DNA of 63,870 bases, the filler included, from Octopus bimaculoides (lineage: Eukaryota): assembly GCF_001194135.2 (NCBI RefSeq). It is 6 parts of 6 records of this genome, joined end to end, with 100 filler letters (N's around TTAATTAATTAA, not from the genome) between each part and the next. Parts side by side here need not be neighbours in the genome. Positions count along the whole stretch, not along the records: positions 26,054 to 41,838 come from NC_068996.1; 5 more parts are not named here. One strand, given 5' to 3'. A program made the translations under genes and the position numbers. Below are positions 27,054-39,559 of the stretch, one piece after another. Position 1 is the first letter of the stretch. Each line of letters starts with the position of its first letter. The notes beneath the pieces were generated by a model that ran no database searches, was not told the origin of the DNA, and worked only from the letters and a program-made list of their open reading frames with translations.

Positions 27054-27912
27054 TGAGGTGGTATCAAAAAGTTCTCGGACTAGTTCTGTAGAATACCAAT
27101 AGATGGCAGCACATGGTTGTGTGCAAAGTCAGAGCTATCTGTGACTTTCATGAGGCAGTGCGCCAAGTGACATTGCTGTGTTTACTTTGTGTTTTTGTCA
27201 TTACCTGTATGCTGTAGTCTGCAATTTTGTCATGCACAAGAAGATAGAACAAAGAGCCAATGTAAAATTTTGTGTTAAACTCGAGAAGTCTGCTACAGAG
27301 ACATTGAGCATGCTTTGGCAAGCTTATAGCAATGAGGCAATGGGTCCTATGCAATGTTTTGAGTGGCATGAGTGCTTCAAAAGTGGAAGATAATCCCTGG
27401 AAGACAATGAGTGATCTGGAAGGCCTGCCATGAGCGTCATCCCAAGAATTCATCCCCCAGGGTGAGACCATCAATCAAGAGTTCTACTGCAATGTTTTGA
27501 AGAATTTGAGGGAGGACATTTGGAAAAGGTAACCGGATCTGTGGAGCATGAAGAATTGAATTCTTCATCAAGCTCTCCTCATTCATGAGTTTCTCGCCAC
27601 AAACAAGGCGCCCTTCTGCACCCACCCCATTCACCAGATTTAGCACCTTCAAACTTCCATCTCTTCTCCAAGATGAAAATACAGCTCAAAGGTCATCATT
27701 TTAACACCATTGTCTAGATCCAGAACGAATTGCAGAAGGTCTTTGACTCACTTACGGAAAATGACTTCCAGGCCAGATTCCAAAAGTGGCAGGAATGCTG
27801 TGACTGGTGTATTGCTGTGCAAGGTGACTATTTCGAAGGAGATGATGGTAAAACTTAGGTAGATAAGTTTTATTACACATAACTAGTCTGGGAACCTTTT
27901 GATACCATCTTG
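27054..27912 (+). mobile_element. Internally deleted mariner
   Basis: TIRs GAGGTGGTATCAAAAAGTTCTCGGACTAGTT / AACTAGTCTGGGAACCTTTTGATACCATCT; EQRANVKFCVKL; HPPHSPDLAP; QGDYFEGD. Confidence 0.9.
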
Positions 27913-28804
27913 TATTTCAACATAAATACGAAAGTGGAAAAGTTAAAAAATGCACAAGAAAGAAAAGGGATAACTGTATACGGTGAGTGCAGTAAATGCT
28001 GAGTTCTAACTGGAATATGAATAGAAGAGAGTGAAGAGAAAGAGTGAGAGGAGAGAGAGAGAGGGGGAGTTGGAGAGAGAGAGAGAGAGAAAAAAGTGAG
28101 AGAAGGGAAGAGAGAGAGAGAGAGAGAGAGTGCACCACTCAGCTGATATTTCTATTAAATCTTGTTTGGTTAAGAATTCTTAAATGAATTTTCTGATCAG
28201 TTATTCAGTTTGTATTATTAATGAATCTCTCAATTCTGCATATTATTTATGCTGCATATTTTATAAGGCCTTTTCACTGATTTTGAATGAACTATCTTAT
28301 TCTTACCACCGAAAGTATGACCTATTAATGTACTTCAAATCAATGGCAGTAGACAACTTATATATTCCACCTCAGGCCTGGCTGTCCTATATACACGGGC
28401 AAAGTATTTAATCCCTGTGGCCTATACTGACTAAATCCCCACCCATGTTGATTATCTAGCCTCAATTTTAAACCAACATCATCAAATTTGGTTACTCCTA
28501 CATAAAACTGCTGCTACAAATGTGTCAATACAACACTGAACAATGACTGAGCGACTGACCTACAGCAACATTCCACCCTATTATATGTGGTACCTACTAA
28601 TACTGAATACATTATGGTGTAGCTTTCCACCAAAGTGACACTAGCACCATATCAATATACTATTGAGTATATGGGCCTAAAAATATAAAAAATAATTGGT
28701 GTCACTTTCAAAGCATTTATACCACAACTGGAGCTAACTAACAGAGTCCTCACATCTGAAACCATCTTGAATTTCTCTCAAAAAAATCCTTCACTCTGCT
28801 CCAA

Positions 28805-28856
28805 GCATCTGATGAGATGGGCATGTCTTACATGCTCATGAAACTTTAAGTCATGT
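28805..28856 (+). ncRNA. Minimal type-I hammerhead ribozyme motif, intact core
   Basis: GCAU-CUGAUGA-G-[AUGGGCAUGU cuu ACAUGCUCAU]-GAA-ACUUUAAGU-C-AUGU; 4-bp stem I, 10-bp stem II, near-palindromic stem III, GUC site. Confidence 0.75.
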
Positions 28857-30371
28857 AGAGCTGAGCCAAGCTATTATTAAAAATACATGTTACTACTACC
28901 AAATGTGTTGAGTGGCACTTTCTTTTGTTTGTTCACTTTACTCCAGCTGACTTATGTGAGAATGGAAAAGTGAATGTTAAAACAATGACAATGATGATGA
29001 TGCTGAAAGCATAATAGTATGACACAGAATTTGGCTTCTTCAAACAAGAAAGTTACAACATTTGAAGAAGGCTTGCAATTAACAGCACACAAGAGAAAAA
29101 AATATCCTTCTATGACGTCAACTGCAAAAAAAAAAAAATAAAAAAAAAAAAAGTAAGAAAAAATAATTTAATAAAGCAAAACGAAAGCAAAAAAAAAAAG
29201 GAGAAATAGAATGAGAAAATGTTTAGAAACAATTGAAACAGAATTGAATTTAAAAAAATGGAAATAAATCATTCTTCAAATATATTTTAAGGAGAGAAAA
29301 AATTATTTAATATTTAATGTTCTATATGTTGAATATATTTCATTGTTGAACATGTTTTTGACATCAATGACTAAAAATTTATTCAATCACAATAGTCTGA
29401 TGTCACTTCTTTTATTATTATTTTTTTCCATTGAAAATGTTTAAGTAGATTTTCTTGTTTGAAAATTAACCATTGTATTTTCATGCAACAGAAGACAGTT
29501 GGTGTAAAATTAAATACGATTTAATCGTATTACATCCCTGGTGGTTAAAAATTATCAATTCAGTCCACACAGATTGCTGAATGCTATGAATTGAAATTAT
29601 ATTTCCTGAAGGGTATTAGCTAAAGAATTAACAGCAGTTTCATGAAGTGGACAGATGACAAATGACAATTGTTGTTCCGGCTTTCATAAGATAAAATTCC
29701 TAAGAATATTTTTTCTCTTCTTTTTCCTTTTATTTTCCAATTTTAAAGAATGGAAATATATTTGTTATCAAATATTGAGTTATTTAGATTTTGAGATTGT
29801 AACAATTGTAACTAAAAACAAAGACAATAATTGGTTGGTTGTTTTATTTTAATCACAGGGGAGACACCTATGCAAAGGAAAATTCACCACTTTAACTACT
29901 CATTTTATTTTGTTTAGTAATTTTTCTTTAATCTCTTCATGATGGTATTAGCAGAGATTCTCAAGGGAATTTCTTTTCTCTCTCCCAGCAATCATAGTTT
30001 TCAACTTATTACAATGTATATTATTATGTTAGTTCCAAATGCATGCGTGTATGGTAGTGGTGGTGATGTATGTGTGTGTGTGTGTGTGTTTGTACATGTG
30101 TGCTAAACCCTTTAGCATTTAAACCAGCTATATCTGTTCCAAATATACTACCTGTTTATATTCGAATTGGCCAGATCTGGCCTCCCACACCTACCCTACA
30201 GTGTGCTTTTAAAAATAAACTATCACATCATAAAAATCTCAAAACCAGAAGATAACGCATGATTAATTCCAAATGGTGTGAATAAATAAGCATTACATTA
30301 GAGATTAGGGACATGGCAACATTTGGATTCAAGAAGGTGATGAGGTTGAAGAATCATTAGCAAACTGAACA

Positions 30372-32770
30372 AAATGCTAAGCACTACGAAAGGTTGCTCA
30401 ATAAAGAAAATGAATGGGAGAAAGAGAGTCTGCCGAATGTCGACCCAACAGAGGGACCAGCTATCCGAGCTGAAAGTTCCATGGTAGATAAAGCTATTAA
30501 GAGTATGAAGACAGGGAAAGCCCCCAGCCCATCAGGAATCACTACAGAGATGCTCAAAATATCTGGCAGTGTTGGCTATAGCCTAGTCACCCATATTGTT
30601 AACCAGGTGATACATGAAGGAGTTATACCCAATGACTGGTGTAGCAGCACCATAGTCAACTGTTACAAAGGTAAAGGTGATGCTTTAGATACAAATAATT
30701 ACAAAGGCATCAAGCTGTTAGATCAGGTTATGAAAGTTACAGAGAGGGTCATAGCCCAACTAATTATGGAGAGAGTCAGTTTAGATGAGATGTAGTTTGG
30801 GTTCATACCAAGGAAAAGCACCACTGATGCTATATTTCTGGTAAGACAGCTGCAGGAGAAATACCTAGCCAAGGATAAACCTCTGTACCTGGCTTTCGTT
30901 GACATGGAGAAAGCCTTTGACAGGGTCTCCCGATCCCTTATCTGGTGGTCAATGAGGAAACTAGGGATAGAAGAACGGTTAGTGAGAGCTGTGCGAGCCA
31001 TGTACAGAGACGCTGTCAGGAATGTGAGGGTTGGCAACGAGTACAGTGAAGAATTCCAGGTAGAGGTAGGGGTCCACCAAGGTTCTGTCCTCAGCCACCT
31101 CCTATTTATCATAGTCCTCCAGGCGATAACAGAGGAATTCAAGACAGGAGGCCCTGGGAGCTCCTCTATGCTGATGACCTTGCACTAATTGCTGAATCAC
31201 TATCAGAACTAGAGGAGAAGTTTCAGGTGTGGAAGCAAGGACTAGAATCGAAGGGCCTTAGGGTCAACTTAGCTAAAACCAAAGTTCTAATAAGTAGGAA
31301 GGTAGACAAAACACAAACCCCTTCAGGTAGATGGCCCTGCTCGATCTGTAGAAAAGGTGTAGGTAGAAACTCTATAAGATGTACCCAGTGCAAGCTATGG
31401 ACACATAAGAGGTGCAGCAATATCAAAGCAGGTTAACTAGGAAGTTAGTTTTTGTNNNNNNNNNNNNNNNNNNNNNNNNNNNNNNNNNNNNNNNNNNNNN
31501 NNNNNNNNNNNNNNNNNNNNNNNNNNNNNNNNNNNNNNNNNNNNNNNNNNNNNNNNNNNNNNNNNNNNNNNNNNNNNNNNNNNNNNNNNNNNNNNNNNNN
31601 NNNNNNNNNNNNNNNNNNNNNNNNNNNNNNNNNNNNNNNNNNNNNNNNNNNNNNNNNNNNNNNNNNNNNNNNNNNNNNNNNNNNNNNNNNNNNNNNNNNN
31701 NNNNNNNNNNNNNNNNNNNNNNNNNNNNNNNNNNNNNNNNNNNNNNNNNNNNNNNNNNNNNNNNNNNNNNNNNNNNNNNNNNNNNNNNNNNNNNNNNNNN
31801 NNNNNNNNNNNNNNNNNNNNNNNNNNNNNNNNNNNGAACCTAAGAAGCATCAGTTGTGGTGTGCAAGAGAGACGATTGCGCTGGTATGGACATGTGGCGA
31901 GAATGGATGAAGATAGTTGTGTGAAAAAGTGCCACACCCTAGCGGTTGAGGGAACCTGTGGAAGAGGTAGGCCCAGGAAGACCTGGGCTGAGGTGGTGAA
32001 GCATGACCTCCGAACATTAGGCTTCACTTTGGCAATGACTTCTGACCGAGACCTTTGGAAATATGCTGCGCATGAGAAGACCCGGCAAGCCAAGTGAGAC
32101 CAAAATCCAAGGCCTCTGCCAGGGATGTAGCCAGCCCACTTATGCGTAACATTCCTTCTTTGGACACTAAACTCCACTTGCGAAGACCTGTTGAGGCAAG
32201 TGAAATCGAAATCGAACTAAATTTGTAGACTGGCACCCATGCCAACGTCTTAATTGAACACTAAACTCGGCTTGTGAAGACCTGTTGGGGCAAGCAAAAG
32301 CGAAATCGTGATGGCACCAGTACCAGTAAATCACTAAGAGCACTGTCTGAGCGTGATCGTTGCCAGAGCACCAGCTGTCTCACTTTCGTGCCAGTGGCAC
32401 GTAAATAGCACTATTTGAGCATGATCATTACCAACGTCGCCTTCCTGGCACTTGTGCCAGTGGCACGTGAAAAAACATTCGAGTGAGTTCATTGCCAGTA
32501 CTGCTGGACTGGCTCCTGTGAAGGAGGCACGTAAAATACACCATTTCGAGTGTGGCCGTTGCCAGTACTGCCTGACTGGCCTTCGTGCTGGTGGCACGTA
32601 AAAGCACCCACTGCGTTAGGAAGGGCATCCAGCTGTAGAAACTCTGCCAAATCAGATTGGAGCCTGGTGTAGCCATCTGGTTTCACCAGTCCTCAGTTAA
32701 ATCGTCCAACCCATGCTAGCATGGAAAGCGGACGTTAAACGATGATGATGATTAAAATGATGATGATGAT
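30372..32770 (+). mobile_element. RTE-clade LINE, 5'-truncated, with 3' UTR and (GAT)n tail
   Basis: KAPSPSGI; YKGKGD..NYKGIKLL; LAFVDMEKAFD; GVHQGSVLS; YADD; Cys-rich segment; RRLRWYGHVARM..GRGRPRKTW; stop at 30794 and frameshifts. Confidence 0.92.
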
Positions 32771-33721
32771 AATACCCTATCTTGGGCCTTCAACTGCCAG
32801 TGGAATTGTAGGAATTCAATTATGGTATGTCTTAAGTATTTTTATATGGTTTGATCACAGCTAATTTTGTCGAGCAAGAGAGAGAGTGGGGAGGGAGGGA
32901 GAAGGCGAGAAAAAAAGAAAAAAATCAACTCCGGTGCAGGACTGGTACTTTATTTATCAATCCTGTAAGGATGACAAGCAAAGTTAACCATGATAGGATT
33001 AAAACAAGGATTTGAAATGAAGATTGCAAAATATTCATTATCTTGTGTGTGTGTTGTGCTGTGAGCATATATATGTATATGTACACACACACACACACAC
33101 ACACACATAAACCAGGTCACTTTACCTACACATATAATTCATTATTGCTATTGTTTTATATCTGTTTTCCATGCTGGTGTAGGATATCTGGGTCTATTCC
33201 AGAATGTCATCTTACAACACACTACAATCCTTCATCATCTGATACACACCACAACAATCTTTGATACAATAAGTGACATGTTCTGTGGGAGATTTTTTAA
33301 ACTGGATCACCAACCACTTTACAATATAAATAAGGTGTTTTTTATTGTGCCAACAGCACTAAAGAGATTTCCTATATCAGAACTAATAGCTCCTCTCCAC
33401 TTTGTATAAGTATTTTATTTAGAGTTGAGTGTTTTCCCAGCTAAGTTGCCTTCACTGTAGATTTCAAAATCAACATGTCCTCCTTCTGGTTATTGCAGAA
33501 CCATTTGCATGTAACACAGAATTTGTTCAGTGTGATCTACTTCGTACATGTTACCTTCCTTCACTGTGGCAGAAAAAGCATGTCTCTTTATGAAGCAGGA
33601 AGAGTTAGCCATTAAAAGCTGTTTACAAACGCAGTCTAAACTGCTTATGTATTAACTTATATGAGCCAAATAATCTGTTTTTCATTGGCATAAGAGACCA
33701 GACAAAGCAAGTCCATTAGGA

Positions 33722-34350
33722 AGCTCGGATCTATTTTAAAATGGGGGCACCAGTTTTCATTTATGTTTTATGTAGTGTTTTTGGTACCGAAAGACTTTCA
33801 AACTTCGTATACTTTTCTATTTTGTGTTATAGAACAGAAAAAAATTTTTGTATTTGAATTTATTTCATGTAAAAAATTGTCTTATTTCGATAATTTCTAC
33901 TAATCACTGATGTCTATTCAGTTGAAAACAGTTAGCGCTGTAACGGTGTATATCGTATTAATCCCCTAGCCCTAACCCTAACCCTAACTCTAGAATCCAA
34001 ACTCTAAAATTGTTACACACATAGATATGCACAGCGTAATTTATTATATAAACAATATATGCATATAAATTACGATTAAATCGGATGAAATATGTCACAG
34101 GGAATAACATTTTTATGACCGCCCAACAGTAACTCTATTGAGCTGAATAGACGTCAGTGATTGGTTGAAATTACAGAAATACGACAACTTTAACATGGAA
34201 TAACTTGCGATGTACGTTTTTTTGTTAAGAAGACTAAGAGTAAAAGATGTTCTATATGACACATTCTACCAGTGTCCCAAGTTTCAAAGTGTTTCGTTAG
34301 TGTTTCGTTAAGAAAATACTGGTGCCCCCGTTTTGAAATAGATCCGGAAG
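33722..34350. mobile_element. Non-autonomous TIR element with internal (CCCTAA)n
   Basis: GGATCTATTTTAAAATGGGGGCACCAGT / ACTGGTGCCCCCGTTTTGAAATAGATCC inverted ends; telomere-like units at 33963-33990. Confidence 0.7.
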
Positions 34351-34359
34351 CTCATAATG

Positions 34360-34613
34360 ATCTCCCTTTTTTGACAGCAAGTATCATGTACCTTCACTGG
34401 ATTCCCTGTGGGCAGATGATCAACAAAGAGTACTTTGTGTAGGTTTTGAGGGAGTTCTGGAAGAAGTTTCAGAGCCCCTGTATTAGGACAATATACCAGT
34501 CTTCAGTTCCATCTTGGTATTTGACAGAGATGGGCATCAAAACTGTCCCTCATTCTCCCCAGAGTCCAGACTTTGAAGGAGGTTGTGACAAGAGTTTTTT
34601 GGAGGACTTCCAT
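34360..34613 (+). mobile_element. Mariner transposase fragment
   Basis: WIPCGQMINKEYF..VLREF; MGIKTVPHSPQSPD. Confidence 0.65.
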
Positions 34614-34644
34614 GGGTTAGGGTTAAGGTTAGGGTTAGGGTTAG
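34614..34644 (+). repeat. Interstitial (TTAGGG)n tract
   Basis: GGGTTAGGGTTAAGGTTAGGGTTAGGGTTAG between two transposon fragments. Confidence 0.9.
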
Positions 34645-35138
34645 CTTTGTGCAGCTCCCAGTGAACAGTTTTTGTGGAAACTGGGTTCTCGAGGTGGTCA
34701 TTAAGCTCTGCAATAATTTTGGGAGCTGTACTTTTGTGATCCTTTCTAACAATCTACGTAAGAGTCCAACGGTCCCTATCTGAAAGTTTTGGTTTTATTC
34801 CAGAGTTTTGCTTCAACAAGGAGGTTTTTCCCTCTTTCTCAAAGGCTGTCATTACTTTTGAGACAGTACTTCTTGATACACCAAACATTTCAGCTGTTTT
34901 CATTACACTAGTGCCTGCCATACAAGCAACAACAATTTGACCTGTTTGAAAGTCTGATAAATCTGTCATTTTAATGAATTCTAATTACCTTTTTCTGATG
35001 ATATCTGAAAAGAAACAGCAATTTTAACAAAACATATTAAGCAACACTAATAATAAATCAATAAACAATCTTTTGATGATTTTATAGATATTTCAAAATT
35101 ATGATGCTATGAGTCTCCATTATTTTGTCCAACCCCTG
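34645..35138 (-). mobile_element. 5' part of a Tc1-like transposon
   Basis: TA|CAGGGGTTGGACAAAATAATGG end; MTDLSDFQTGQIV..AEMFGVSRSTVSKV..PKLSDRDR. Confidence 0.85.
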
Positions 35139-35446
35139 TATATATATGTGTGTGGCTGTGTGGTAAGAAGATTGCTTCCCAACCACATGGCTTCAGGTTC
35201 AGTCCCATTGTGTGGCACCTTGGGCAAGTGTCTTTTACTATAGCTTCAGGCCAACCAAAACTTTGTGAGTAGATTTGGTAGCCAGAAACTGAAAGAAGCC
35301 TGTTGTATATATATATATATATATATGTAAATATTTATGTTTGTGTGTCTTTGTTTGCCCCTGCCACCATCGTTTGACAACCGATGTTAGTGTATTTACG
35401 TCTCCATAACTTAGCGGTTCGGAAAAAGAGACCGATAGAATAAGTA

Positions 35447-36730
35447 TTAGGTCGTCAAGAAAGTACTTGCGGAATTTTTAATTTTGGTTTTAAATTATGT
35501 ATTTTCAAATTAATTTTCGTTAAATTACTTTGACTTTATATATCATTTTAAAGCCTGTTTTTCACTTTATCTAATCGTGTTACTCTTTTTCTTTTTGAAT
35601 TATTAGGCCATTTTTCTGGAACATTGAATACAACATGGACAAAAAGCAAATTCACACAGTTTGCTTATTCCAGTTCAAGCTAGACCGAAAAGCTGCTGAA
35701 ATAGCTCGCAATATCAATGATGTGTTTGACCCAGGAACCACTAATGAATGGACAGCACAATGGTGATTCAAGAAATTTTGTAGTGGTGACGGTAGTCTTG
35801 ATGATGATAAGCGTAGTGGTCAGCCATCGGATGTTGACAACGATCAACTAAAAGTCTTAGCAGAAGCCAATCCATGCACAACTGTTTGAGAGCTTGCTTC
35901 TGAATTAGACGTAATGTATATGACAATTTCCAACCACTTGAAAGAGATTGGAAAAACAAAAATACTTGAGAAATGGGTGCCGCATGAATTGAACGACAAC
36001 CAAAAAAATGCCATTTTGAAGTGTCATCTTCCCTTCTTTTACGCAACAAGAATGACCCATTTCTTGACCAGATTGTGACTTGTGATGAAAAGTGGATTCT
36101 TTACAACAACCGGTGAAGCTCAGCACAGTGGTTGGATGCCGACAAAGCTCCACGGCACTTCCCGTAGCCAAAGTTGCACCAAAAGAAGGTCATGGTGACT
36201 GTTTGGTGGTCTGCAGCTGGTCTTGTCCATCACAGCTTTTTGGATCCAGGTGAAACTATGCTGGCGGAGAAGTACTGTCAGCAAATGGATGAAATGCATA
36301 AGAAACTCTGACAACAACAGCCAGCATTGGTCAATAGAAAAGGACCAATTCTTCTCCATGACAACACTTGGTCATATGTTGCACAACTGACCCTGCAGAA
36401 GTTGAATGAATTGGGCTACGAAACTCTGCCTCATCCACCATACTCACCAGACCACTTGCCTACCGACTACCACTTTCTCAAGCATCTTGACAACTTCCTG
36501 CATGAGAAATGCTTCAAAAACCAAAACGATGCGAAACACACCTTCAACGACTTCATCACCACCAGAACACAGGATTTTTATGCTACTGGCATAAATAAAC
36601 TTGTTTCGTGTTGGCAAAAGTGTTTTGATTCTGATGGTGTTTATTTCGATTAATAAAGTTTTGTTTGAGCCAAGATATGTGCATCTGAATTTAAAGGTTA
36701 AAAACCGCAAGAACTTTCTTGACAACCTAA
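35447..36730 (+). mobile_element. Full-length (1284 bp) Hsmar1-like mariner, inserted in a SINE
   Basis: TIRs TTAGGTCGTCAAGAAAAGTACTTGCGG / CCGCAAGAACTTTCTTGACAACCTAA; TA target duplication; the SINE continues on both sides. Confidence 0.95.
35635..36653 (+). pseudogene. Mariner DD34D transposase pseudogene
   Basis: MDKKQI; WVPHEL; IVTCDEKW; LLHDN; HPPYSPD.PTDYHF; several in-frame stops and a frameshift. Confidence 0.93.
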
Positions 36731-37279
36731 TACTAGGCTTACAAAGAATATGTCCTGGGGTTAATTTCTTCAACAAAAAAACCCTTTAAGGTGGTGCTCC
36801 AGCATGGCCACAGTCAACTGACTGAAACAAGTAAAAGAATAAAAGAATATATATATATGTGTGTCTATCTGTGTGTGTCTTTATATGGTGTTTTTCAAAC
36901 CTTACCACCGTTTGATAACTAGTGTTGGTTTGTTTACATTCCAGTGACTTAGCAGTTCAGCAAAACAGACTGATAGAATAAGTACCAAACATAAAATAAC
37001 ACAGTATTGGGGGTCAATCTGTTTGACTAAACCTTTCAGAGTTGTGCCCCAGCATGGCCACAGTCCAAAAACTGAAACAAGTAAAACAATAAAAGATAAA
37101 AATACATAAATTCAATTGTTTAATTGTGTCGTTTTACCATTTTGGGTGACCCAGTTACTTTTCTTGAATGATACAGTTAGTTACAATGGCTTCTTGTGAA
37201 AGTAACAAGGGAGATAATCCCACTTTGTTTTTAATCATTTAGCATTCAAATTATTCAGTCAAATGTAGTGCTTATTTCT

Positions 37280-37670
37280 TTTATCTTGTATCTTTTACTT
37301 GTTTCAGTTGTTACACTACAGCCATGCTGGGGCACTGCCTTGAACTTTTGGTCAAATTAATCGACCCCAGTACCTATTTTTTAAGCCTGGTCTCTTTGCT
37401 GAACTGCTAGGTTACAGGGATGTAAACACACCAACACCGGTTGTCAAGCAGTGATGGACACACACACACATACCGATATACATACATGCATACTTATATA
37501 TATATATATACGACTAGCTTCTTTCAGTTTCCATCTAACAAATCCACTCACAAGGCTTTGGTCAGCCTGTGGCTATAACAAAAGACCCTTACTCAAGGTG
37601 CCACACAGTAGGACTGAACCCAGAACCATGTGGTTGAGAAACAAGCTTCTTACCATACAGCCACGCCAGC
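37280..37670 (-). mobile_element. SINE family A copy, CpG-decayed
   Basis: Reverse complement of family A; further copies near 14432, 15715, 17337, 26395, 36860, 38295, 39125, 47515, 50868, 59190 and 60630. Confidence 0.78.
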
Positions 37671-38105
37671 ACTTATATTTATTCATATTGTTTTGAATTA
37701 ATCATGCGTTATCTCATAGCTTTGAGATTTCAACAATGTGACTGTCTATTTTTAAAATGTTATTGTCTGGGAGGTGTGAGAGGCCAGTTCTGGTCAGGTT
37801 GAATGTAAAACAAGTAGAATTCTTCAGCTGGTTATCACAATAAAAATGCAGTTTCTTGTCCAGTTACTGAAGTCAAGCAGTGATGAACCGAGCTAGTATT
37901 TGGGTAATCACTTGGGAAACTTAGGTGCTGTGAGCAAAGCCTATAAAACAGGGACAGATATGGCTGTGTGGTTAAGAATTTACCTTCACAGGTACATGAT
38001 TCCAGGTTCAGTCCTACAGCATAGCGGTTAAGGCAAAGGTCCTCTATTATAACCTTGTGAGTGAATTTGCTACGTTAAAATTGTGTGAAAGTTTGCTTCT
38101 ATCTC

Positions 38106-38144
<39 letters not shown>

Positions 38145-38661
38145 TGTTTCAAAACAGGAGAGGGTTGATGACAAGAGGAGCATTTGGCCATTAAAAATAT
38201 TCCTCAATGAATTCCATCAAACCCATGCAAGCATAAAAAAAAGTAAATGTTAAAATAGCAATGATGACGATGTTTTATAAATCAATTATCTTCCATTAGT
38301 TTCAGTCATGAGACTGTGGTCATGCTGGAGTACTGCCTTGAAAAATTTTTAGTTGAATGACTCAACCCCACTGTACTTTTTTTTATGTTAAGCCAGATAT
38401 TTTTTTTTATTGATCACTTGCTGAACCGTTATGGGGATGTAAACACACCAACGCCAGTTGTCAAGTGATGGTGTGGGACAAACACAGACACAAAGGCACA
38501 CACATAAATATAACAGGGTTCTTTTCAGTTTCCATCAACCAAATTCATTCACAAAGCTTTGGTCAGCTTGAGGCTATAGTAGAAGACACTTGCTCAAGGT
38601 GCCACACAGTGGAACTATGTTGCTGGGAAGCAAGTTTCTTACCACAGTCATGCCTGCATAT

Positions 38662-38910
38662 ATAATCATCATCATTTTTTAATGTCCTCTTTCCATGCTG
38701 GCATGCGTTGGATGGTTTGACAGGAGCCAGCCAGGTAGAGGACAGCATCAAACTTGTGTGTGTTTTGGCATGGTTTTTATAGCTGGATGCCCTTCCTAAC
38801 ACCAACCACCCCACAGAATGGACTGAGTGCTTTTTATGTGGCACCAGCACAGGCAAGGTCAGTTTTGGCATGGTTTTACAGCTGAATACCTTTCCAAATG
38901 CTAGCCACAA
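38662..38910 (-). mobile_element. Diverged RTE 3' end
   Basis: TCCATGCTGGCATG...AGCTGGATGCCCTTCCTAAC...GTGGCACCAGCAC. Confidence 0.7.
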
Positions 38911-39090
38911 GTAGTATAAGATGTGGATTTAGAGAACTACGCAGCTATCACAGAAAGCTTCTCTAACGGATTTGGCTATCAATCCACATACTAATCCATC
39001 ACAAAAGAGTGTAATGTAGAATGGAGATCTGATGGATGAAGTTATTTCATGTGGAGTATATAAAACTATAAAGTCATGAAATAAGAGAGG

Positions 39091-39129
<39 letters not shown>

Positions 39130-39475
39130 CCTTTACTTGTTTATCATTTTGACTGTGGTCATGCTGGGGCAGCTCCTTGATGGGTTTTAGTCACACAAAT
39201 TGACCCCAGGACTTATTTTTTAAGCCTAGTATCTATTCTATCAGGTACCTTTGCTGAATTGGTAAGTTACAGGGACATAAACACACCAACACTGGTTGTC
39301 AGTCAGTGGTGGGGACAAATACACACACACACACATCTACCAAATCTAGTCACAAGGCTTTTGTTGACCTGAAGCTATAGTAGAAGACACTTGCCCAAGG
39401 TTCCATTCAGTGGGATTGAACCCAGAACCATGTGGTTGAGAAGGAAGTTTCTTACCACACAGCCATGACTGCACC

Positions 39476-39508
<33 letters not shown>

Positions 39509-39559
39509 NNNNNNNNNNTAAGTATGGTATTATCCATACAATTCCAAGATAAGATGATT

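Larger units (their letters stand above)
35150..36848 (+). mobile_element. SINE family A copy split by the mariner (35150-35446 and 36731-36848)
   Basis: GATAGAATAAGTA|mariner|TACTAGGCTTACAAAGAAT restores the SINE consensus. Confidence 0.88.

Noticed and set aside
33385-33640. About 85-codon minus-strand frame with one stop
   Set aside because: No recognisable motifs; chance or an unidentifiable TE relic.
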